Shown in pieces: positions 30,351 through 37,126 of a stretch of 38,806 nt of DNA. The stretch comes from Aquabacterium sp. (GTDB lineage: Bacteria; Pseudomonadota; Gammaproteobacteria; Burkholderiales; Burkholderiaceae_C), in assembly GCF_004297345.1 (NCBI RefSeq), contig NZ_SCTN01000387.1, positions 1 to 38,806 on the forward strand, in the 5' to 3' direction. The notes under the pieces were generated by a model, which saw only the letters and a program-made list of their open reading frames with translations, was not told the origin of the DNA and did not search any database. Both the position numbers and the translations under genes were made by a program. Every line of letters begins with the position of its first letter. Within the stretch, counting starts at the first letter, position 1.

Positions 30351-30670
30351 CACTGCACCTTGCCCGGCAATACAAGTGTTGATTCCGGCGCTACACCGCC
30401 ACCGGCAGGAATTGGGCATTGGGCCGCCGGGCTGCTCGAAAACAGGCTCATCCCCCATTTCGACAGGATGCCAACGGCACACCCCAGCACGGCCCCGGCA
30501 ACCGGCAGCGCCACAGCGCCAACGCCTGCACCCACCGCGCAATTGATCGCATATTGCCCACTGCCGGAGTCTGCATCGCAGGCCGCCTTGGCCTCGGGCG
30601 CAGCTGCCAGGCCGTAGACCGGATGACAGAGCAAGGCAGCGCCAAGGACTTGGATCAGTATCTTTTTCAT
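30350..30670 (-). CDS. Small secreted glycine-zipper protein, class II bacteriocin-like
   Basis: MKKILIQVLGAALL.. signal peptide, core CAVGAGVGAVALPVAGAVLGCAVGIL, AAGGGG RBS-like sequence upstream. Confidence 0.7.
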   Translation of the reverse strand: MKKILIQVLGAALLCHPVYGLAAAPEAKAACDADSGSGQYAINCAVGAGVGAVALPVAGAVLGCAVGILSKWGMSLFSSSPAAQCPIPAGGGVAPESTLVLPGKVQ

Positions 30671-30876
30671 GATCATCCCCTTTTGACGGTGTCCACCCAG
30701 CTGAAAGAAATTCAAGCCAATCGGGTTGCCACGGACACCATTCAATTCAGCGTATCACCATGTAAAACAGGTGCGCTACCCCCTAACCTGCCATATCGCC
30801 CCCCTTGCGTTGCGCCTGGCGCGACACGAAGCACCTGATCGGGCGCAAACCCTGAGCGCTGTGTGACAGCCGCGTC

Positions 30877-30904
30877 ATCGGGCTGGTTCATAATCCAGCC
30901 CGAT
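30877..30904. promoter_or_regulatory. Perfect 10-bp inverted repeat upstream of secB
   Basis: ATCGGGCTGG-TTCATAAT-CCAGCCCGAT followed by TGTCTTT. Confidence 0.45.
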
Positions 30905-30980
30905 TGTCTTTCTGGCTTGGACTTCTTGCGCAAATACCGCGCCCGGCCTGCAACATCAAACCAACCTAGGAAAATCTGTC

Positions 30981-31439
30981 ATGACCGACCAAGCCGCACA
31001 ACCGTCTTTCTCCATTCAGCGCATTTACCTCAAGGACCTGTCGCTGGAGCTGCCTAACGCACCGGCCATCCTGCTGGAACAAGGTCAGCCTCAAGTTGAC
31101 GTGCAACTGAACCTGCATGCCGAACCCGTGGTCGATGGCCTGTACGAAGTGGCCGTGACTGCCACCGTGACCGCCAAGGTCAACGACAAGGTGCTGTTCC
31201 TGGTCGAAGCCAAGCAAGCCGGCCTGTTCGAAATCAAGAACGTGCCTCAAGAACAGATGCAGCCGATCATCGCCATCGCCTGCCCACAGATCGTGTACCC
31301 CTACCTGCGCGCCACTGTGGCCGACGTGCTCAACCGCACCGGCTTCCCACCCGTGCACCTGACCGAAGTGAACTTCCAGGCCATGTACGAATCGCAGCTG
31401 CAACAAGCTGCCGCCAACGGTCAAGCACCCCAAGCCTGA
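30981..31439 (+). CDS. secB: Protein-export chaperone SecB
   Basis: [46 protein letters not shown]. Confidence 0.99.
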   Translation: MTDQAAQPSFSIQRIYLKDLSLELPNAPAILLEQGQPQVDVQLNLHAEPVVDGLYEVAVTATVTAKVNDKVLFLVEAKQAGLFEIKNVPQEQMQPIIAIACPQIVYPYLRATVADVLNRTGFPPVHLTEVNFQAMYESQLQQAAANGQAPQA

Positions 31440-31440
31440 A

Positions 31441-32466
31441 TTGGCCGACACCGACGTCACGACTGGGCTCGCCACGCGCAACCTCACGGTATTGGGCGCG
31501 GGAGCCTGGGGCACAGCGCTGGCGATCAGCGCGTCCCGCCACAACCCACAGGTGATGCTGTGGGCGCGGGACGCCGCGCAGGTCGCAGACATGCGCTCAA
31601 GCCGCTGCAATACCCGCTACCTGCCCGACGCGAGCTTCCCTGAAGCGCTGCAACTCAGCCATGATCTGGATGAGGCGGTGGCGCACGCGCGCGCCAATGG
31701 CGGGCTGATCATCATCGGCACACCCATGGCGGCGCTGGGCAGCATGCTGCAAAGCCTGCCTGACGACGTGGCCACGCTGTGGCTGTGCAAGGGCTTCGAA
31801 AAAGGCACGGGGCGATTGGGTCATGAAATCGCCCAGGCGCTGCGCCCGCATGCGCGCAGCGGCATCCTGTCGGGGCCCAGCTTTGCCAATGAAGTGGCGC
31901 TGGGCCAGCCGACCGCCCTGGTTGCGGCCAGCACCGATCAGGCCCTGGCCGAGCAGGCCGTGGCAGCCTTCCACAGTGACAGCCTGCGCGTCTACACCTC
32001 GACCGATCCGGTCGGCGTGGAAGTGGGTGGCGCCGTCAAGAACGTGCTGGCCATTGCCACCGGCATCGTCGATGGCATGAACCTGGGCCTCAACGCCCGC
32101 GCCGCGCTGATCACGCGTGGCCTGGCGGAGATGACCCGCCTGGGTGTGGCACTGGGCGCCAGGCCAGACACCTTCATGGGCTTGTCAGGCCTGGGCGATC
32201 TGGTGCTGACGGCCACGGGCAACCTGTCGCGCAACCGCACGGTGGGCTTGCAACTGGCCACGGGCAAGAAGCTGGATCAGATCCTGCTCGACCTGGGGCA
32301 TGTGGCCGAAGGTGTCTACAGCGCGGCCACGGTGTGGCAACGCGCGCAGACGCTGGGCGTTGCCATGCCGATCACGGAAGCCGTGGTGGCTGTGCTGGAT
32401 GGGCGTTTGACACCTGCCGAGGCTGTCGGGGCACTGATGCGGCGTGAGGCCAAGGCTGAAGGCTGA
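31441..32466 (+). CDS. gpsA: NAD(P)H-dependent glycerol-3-phosphate dehydrogenase
   Basis: [54 protein letters not shown] start, exact start uncertain. Confidence 0.98.
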   Translation: MADTDVTTGLATRNLTVLGAGAWGTALAISASRHNPQVMLWARDAAQVADMRSSRCNTRYLPDASFPEALQLSHDLDEAVAHARANGGLIIIGTPMAALGSMLQSLPDDVATLWLCKGFEKGTGRLGHEIAQALRPHARSGILSGPSFANEVALGQPTALVAASTDQALAEQAVAAFHSDSLRVYTSTDPVGVEVGGAVKNVLAIATGIVDGMNLGLNARAALITRGLAEMTRLGVALGARPDTFMGLSGLGDLVLTATGNLSRNRTVGLQLATGKKLDQILLDLGHVAEGVYSAATVWQRAQTLGVAMPITEAVVAVLDGRLTPAEAVGALMRREAKAEG

Positions 32467-32510
32467 TTGTCTGGCGTACTGCCACCTTGGTCTCGCTTTT
32501 TCGTTGCAAC

Positions 32511-32764
32511 GCGAGGCGGGGTCTGAACCAGACTTCGGCCAGGCTTCATTGTTGACGGTCCCGCTTTGCAAGCGGGACTGCCCTGCGATGCTCGCGAGGA
32601 AGTGGCGCCAGAGAACTCCCTGCGTGGTCTGACGACCACTCCGGTCAAACAGCTCCGGCGAGTCAGATGAACGAAGCACGCTGCGCGTGCCCACTTCCCC
32701 ACTGCGCTTCTCGGCGTCAACAAGGCGCCCGGCCAAAGTCCGGCTCAGCCCTTTTCCGCCTCGC
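32511..32764. repeat. Structured palindromic element, unit A
   Basis: Outer arms 32511-32557 and 32715-32764 are complementary and enclose hairpins 32558-32578, 32624-32639, 32676-32690 and stem 32598-32605/32691-32698. Confidence 0.8.
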
Positions 32765-32818
32765 TCATCGCATGCACAGGCTGCTTGTTCTGGCTGGTCC
32801 ACCAGCGGGGCGAAACAA

Positions 32819-33026
32819 GGCTGAGGGGGCATGCGGCTGGGCGCCTTGTTGGCGTCGAAGGCGCGCAGGGAGGCTCAGGTTTGCCCCTTGCTGCAAGCAA
32901 GGGGATGGCGAGCATGTTTGAGGCCGCAGGCAGAGTTGCGCAGCCACCTGAGCTGGACGAGCACCGTAGAGCAGTCCCGCATAGCGGGACCGCCAACATG
33001 ACGCCCGGACGCATGCCCCCTCGGCC
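32819..33026. repeat. Structured palindromic element, unit B (diverged inverted copy of unit A)
   Basis: Outer arms 32819-32854 and 32991-33026 pair. Its reverse complement shares TGTTGRCGGTCCCGC..GCGGGACTGCYCTRCGRTGCTCG, AACTC..TCAAACA and CAACAAGGCGCCCRGCC with unit A. Confidence 0.8.
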
Positions 33027-33091
33027 GCGCCCGCGCTGCAAGGTCAAAGCGCTCAAGCCGACGCAAGAATCGACCAGGAGCAAAGCACCGT

Positions 33092-33562
33092 TCAAGCCCC
33101 GCCCGCGTACCCGTTCTGCCGCCAGGCCTCGAACACCGCCACGGCCACGGCGTTGCTCAAGTTCAAGCTGCGTTGATCAGCACGCATGGGCAAACGCACC
33201 CGCTGCGCCGTGTCAAAGGTCTCACGCAAAGCCGGATCCAGGCCACGCGTCTCACAGCCGAACACGAACCAGTCTCCAGGCTGCCATTGCACTTCGTTGA
33301 AAGGACGGCTGCCCCGCGTGGTGAAGGCAAACATCCTCTTCGGATCAGGCTGCATGGCCTCGATGAAGGCCGCCCAATTGGCGTGGCGACGCACGTCAGC
33401 GTACTCGTGATAATCCAGGCCCGCGCGGCGCAGCAGCTTGTCATCCATCGAGAAACCCAAGGGCTCGATCAGATGCAGCTCGCAGCCGGTATTGGCCGCC
33501 AGCCGGATCACATTGCCCGTGTTGGGCGGGATTTCAGGTTCAACGAGGACGATGCGAAACAT
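33092..33562 (-). CDS. trmL: tRNA (cytidine/uridine-34 2'-O)-methyltransferase
   Basis: PEIPPNTGNVIRL, LRRAGLDYHE, FG.ETRGL, RSLNLSNAV. Confidence 0.97.
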   Translation of the reverse strand: MFRIVLVEPEIPPNTGNVIRLAANTGCELHLIEPLGFSMDDKLLRRAGLDYHEYADVRRHANWAAFIEAMQPDPKRMFAFTTRGSRPFNEVQWQPGDWFVFGCETRGLDPALRETFDTAQRVRLPMRADQRSLNLSNAVAVAVFEAWRQNGYAGGA

Positions 33563-33588
33563 GGGGGCGCATTATCCCCTGCCCGCGC

Positions 33589-35217
33589 TCAGCCGCCCGT
33601 GGTCTGCTTGAAGGCCATCACGGCCTGATTGCGCAGCGTGCGCAGCAGCGAGAGTTCCTTCTCGTTGACCTGAAGGCTGTTGGCCTTGCCCTTGTCGGCG
33701 TAGATCATGCCCAGCACGATGTCAGGCTGGCCCTTGCGCTTCATCACCAGGGGCAGCAGCAGGAAGGTCGGGGCCTGAACCTGATCACGGAACCAGGTCG
33801 GCAGACGACCCACGATGGTCGGCGCAGCGGCGTCGGCGATCAGCATGTCGGCGTTCTTCAGGCAAACGATGGAGAACAGATCCGGCGTCGCGCCAGCAGG
33901 TATCACCAAGGGGATACGAAATGCCGCCTTGACCACATCCACCTGCTCGCCAATGCCCATGCGCCCCAACAAGGCGCCCGTCTTGGCATCACGCAAGCAG
34001 AAGATGACGCGGCGGCAGTTCAAGGCGCGCAGCATGGTCTCCAGGATCATGTGCAGCACGTCGTTGAGCTTGAAAGACTCCAGCAAGGTGTTGGTGATGT
34101 CCTGGATGCCGTTGGTCAGCACATTGGCCACCTCCTGATCGGGCAAGGGCATCTCGGCGGTCAACGCGCCATCGGCAGGGCTCAACTCCAGCCCCAGATC
34201 CTGAGCACTGGGGCCACCGGTTTGCGCGGCGTTGGGGGCATCGACGTAGTAGTGATCCAGCAGCTTGTCGGCGGGCGACGTGGCCGGCACGCTCATGTTC
34301 AAGGCGTGGGTCAGCTCGGTCAGGCGCTTGCGCGCGCGACTGGCCGCGTCCTGCAAGGCATGGGGCGACAGGTCCAGCGCCTTGCCATAGGTGGTCGACA
34401 GATTGGTGAGCAGATCGCCCAATTCGCCCGGTTCGGCCTCCAGCATGCTGTCGGCCGCCGCGTTGGCCAGGCTCGCCATCCACCACACACGCTCAGGCCG
34501 CGCAGCCAGTGACTGCTTGGGTACATTCGCGCCCGGAGAGCCCATGCAAGCCCTCAGGCCATCAGGCAGGCCCCACATCTTGCCGACCTTGTCGGCCAGC
34601 TTGTCCAGCGGCACGCCCAGCACCTTCTCGGCAGCTTGAACCTCGGTCATGGGCGGGGCACCGTCCTTGCCGGCCATGATCAGGCGGATCTGCTCGGCAT
34701 CGTCGGGCAGGTAGTAGGACACCAGCATGCGGCCCAGATTACGGAACAGCGCGCCCAGGTAGGCGTCTTCGGCCTCCTTGGTCGTGCGGCTCAGTTCACT
34801 GGCCAGGGTGCCGGCCATGACCGTGCGCAGAAACTCCACCTTCAACTGCTGGGCATGCGCCTTGTCCTGCATGTGATCGAGCAGCATCAGCGACAGCGCC
34901 ATATTGCGCACGCCGCCTGCGCCAATCAAGGCGACTGCGCGGGACACGGTGCTGATCGGGTCCGTCCCGGCGCGCCGAAAGTGAGCCGTGTTGACCACGC
35001 GCAGCAATTTCTGCGTGAGCGCCACATCTTGCAGCACCTCGTCGCACAAGGACTGCATGCTGTCCGTCTCGGAGTTGGACAGCGCCTGCACCCGCGATAC
35101 CGACGTCGATAGCGCCGGGAAATCGCTTTTGAAGCGCATTCGGCGCAACAAATACTCGAGTGTCAACTCGGCATCGTCGATGTCTGAAGCGGCAGGTGTC
35201 TGGTTTGAGTCGGGCAT
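33589..35217 (-). CDS. HDOD domain signalling protein with C-terminal GAF-like domain
   Basis: DFPALS, VLQDVALTQKLLRVVN, ISTVSRAVALIG, WGLP; C-terminal FLLLPLV..LGMIYAD..LLRTLRNQAVMA. Confidence 0.88.
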   Translation of the reverse strand: MPDSNQTPAASDIDDAELTLEYLLRRMRFKSDFPALSTSVSRVQALSNSETDSMQSLCDEVLQDVALTQKLLRVVNTAHFRRAGTDPISTVSRAVALIGAGGVRNMALSLMLLDHMQDKAHAQQLKVEFLRTVMAGTLASELSRTTKEAEDAYLGALFRNLGRMLVSYYLPDDAEQIRLIMAGKDGAPPMTEVQAAEKVLGVPLDKLADKVGKMWGLPDGLRACMGSPGANVPKQSLAARPERVWWMASLANAAADSMLEAEPGELGDLLTNLSTTYGKALDLSPHALQDAASRARKRLTELTHALNMSVPATSPADKLLDHYYVDAPNAAQTGGPSAQDLGLELSPADGALTAEMPLPDQEVANVLTNGIQDITNTLLESFKLNDVLHMILETMLRALNCRRVIFCLRDAKTGALLGRMGIGEQVDVVKAAFRIPLVIPAGATPDLFSIVCLKNADMLIADAAAPTIVGRLPTWFRDQVQAPTFLLLPLVMKRKGQPDIVLGMIYADKGKANSLQVNEKELSLLRTLRNQAVMAFKQTTGG

Positions 35218-35433
35218 GGTGGCTCTTGTCCTCGTCCCTCATTGGGCCCCAAATCCCGTCCATTGAAAATGGGATTCGCCCGGTTTTCCGGCCTCAGTTC
35301 CTCATAAATGCGCGCCATATCGGGGCATTCCCAGGGGTCAGAAGATACCGAAGTGATACCGATGCGTATGGGCAGGCCTCCTAGACTGGGCGCCAGTACC
35401 CATCACCAAGCAAAGTCATCAGGAGCCATCTGC

Positions 35434-37098
35434 ATGAGTTTCCACATTGCCATCATCGGCGGCGGCGTCTCGGGCCTGTCCGCAGCCTACTACCTTCAGC
35501 AGCAGGCGCTGAGCAGCGGGCAGGCCCTGGACATCACCGTCTACGAACGCAAACCCCAGTTTGGCGGCAACGCGGATACCGTGGTCGTCAAACTGGGGAC
35601 CCTGCAGAACGGGCAGGGTCAGCCTGAGCGGGCCTTCATCCGCTGGGCCGATCTGGGCGTCAACGATGTGAACCTGGCAACCTACGTCAAGCTGGCCGCC
35701 TTGATGAAGGACATCGGCTACCTCCAGCACATGAAGCCGCTGCAGGACACCACCAGCTACTTCACCGCCGATGGCAACGAATACCTCACGGACGACGCGG
35801 CCCTGTACAACGGCGTGTCTGACGCGCGCTTCAACCTCGCCCAGACCGATGGGGGCGAATTGAGCAAATTGATCGCGGTGGTTCACCAGCATGCGATCGA
35901 CCTGGTGGCACCGCCCGCAGGCGGCCCGCCCCCCGTTCCAGTGAGCTACACGGTCGCGCACTACTTCGACAGCTGCATCGCCAATCCTGAAGGCATGCTG
36001 GCGGCCACGGCACGCCGCCTCCAGATCCAGATCAACTGGGGTGATCCGGCCATCCCGGCGCGCATCGCACGCATCCGCGACGAGATCTACTACCCGCGCA
36101 TCTCGGCCATGTACTTCACGGACAACGAGACCGGCCCCGGCGGCATGCCTTTGCAGTCGCCCTTTCAGTACTACCGCGTGCAGGAAGGCGGCGTGACACC
36201 AGATCGCCGCTACTTCGAATACGGCTCACAGCACTGGCTGCAAGCGCTGGCCCGCTGGATGGAACAGCACAGCACGGACAAGGTCAAGGTACGCCACCAC
36301 ATGGGTGCACCCGTGAAGGTGACGATTTCGCCGGCCAGCGCCGTGGTCACGCCCTCTGATGCACCGCCCGAACACGTGGACCTGGTGCTGATGGCACTGC
36401 ACGCGGACGACGCCCTGCATGCGCTGGAGTTCAAGGGCATCCCTACCGACACGGCGCACGCCATCCAGGCCACACTGCACCAGGTGCGCTACACACGCAG
36501 TTACGGCGTGTGCCACACCGACGACCGACTGCTGCCGCGCAACCGCAATGTCTGGCGCACCTACAACGTGCTGGTGCATTCACCGGCTCAGCAGGTACAG
36601 CCTTATCGGATGAGCTACGTGGAGAACTTCCACCAGAACGACCCGCTCACCCCATCGCTGGACCACATCGGACTGCCCATGTTCTTCACGTCCTTGTTGC
36701 CCGACCTCAAACAGGTACAGGCCAACGCCGTGCTGACCCGATTGAATGGCGACGAAGTGCCCCAAAACCTGCGAGACGCACTGCCCCACCTGGCCCAAAG
36801 TCATGCCCCGGCACATCACCCTCAGACGGGCTACAGCCACGAACTGGGTGCGACGCATGCCCATCTGGCGGGCAAGGCCTGGGCATTGTTCAAACACAAC
36901 GTCCTGAACGTGAATTGCATCGATGCGCAATCACGCATGCAGGCCATCAATGAAGACAACGCCCAGCGCCCACTGATGCCCTTGTTCTTTGGCGGCGGCT
37001 GGACGAACGGCGCAGGCTTGCATGAGCAGTGCCTGGCGCAATCCCAACTGCTGACGCAATGGGCTCAGCGCTACATCAACCGGCACCAGGCTGCTTGA
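35434..37098 (+). CDS. FAD/NAD(P)-binding oxidoreductase, amine-oxidase fold (COG2907-like)
   Basis: IAIIGGGVSGLSAAYYL, VYER..FGGNADT, ALHADDAL, HTDDRLLPR, GGGW..G.GLHE. AGGAG RBS before ATG 35434. Confidence 0.85.
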   Translation: MSFHIAIIGGGVSGLSAAYYLQQQALSSGQALDITVYERKPQFGGNADTVVVKLGTLQNGQGQPERAFIRWADLGVNDVNLATYVKLAALMKDIGYLQHMKPLQDTTSYFTADGNEYLTDDAALYNGVSDARFNLAQTDGGELSKLIAVVHQHAIDLVAPPAGGPPPVPVSYTVAHYFDSCIANPEGMLAATARRLQIQINWGDPAIPARIARIRDEIYYPRISAMYFTDNETGPGGMPLQSPFQYYRVQEGGVTPDRRYFEYGSQHWLQALARWMEQHSTDKVKVRHHMGAPVKVTISPASAVVTPSDAPPEHVDLVLMALHADDALHALEFKGIPTDTAHAIQATLHQVRYTRSYGVCHTDDRLLPRNRNVWRTYNVLVHSPAQQVQPYRMSYVENFHQNDPLTPSLDHIGLPMFFTSLLPDLKQVQANAVLTRLNGDEVPQNLRDALPHLAQSHAPAHHPQTGYSHELGATHAHLAGKAWALFKHNVLNVNCIDAQSRMQAINEDNAQRPLMPLFFGGGWTNGAGLHEQCLAQSQLLTQWAQRYINRHQAA

Positions 37099-37126
37099 AG
37101 GGCTCACGCCCGCATCACGCCAGACT

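Noticed and set aside
32467-33091. CRISPR array, tRNA or integron attC interpretation of the structured region
   Set aside because: No regularly spaced direct repeats, no T-loop/anticodon/CCA pattern, and no integrase or cassette organisation.
32185-33300. ORFs crossing the gpsA/trmL intergenic region (32185-32832, 32667-32921, 32745-33095, 32785-33300)
   Set aside because: No recognisable domains, and several overlap real genes. They are open frames produced by GC-rich palindromic sequence; none looks like a transposase.
35300-35365. Possible sigma28 (GCCGATAA-like) promoters
   Set aside because: Only partial -10 matches, with no correctly spaced TAAA -35 element.
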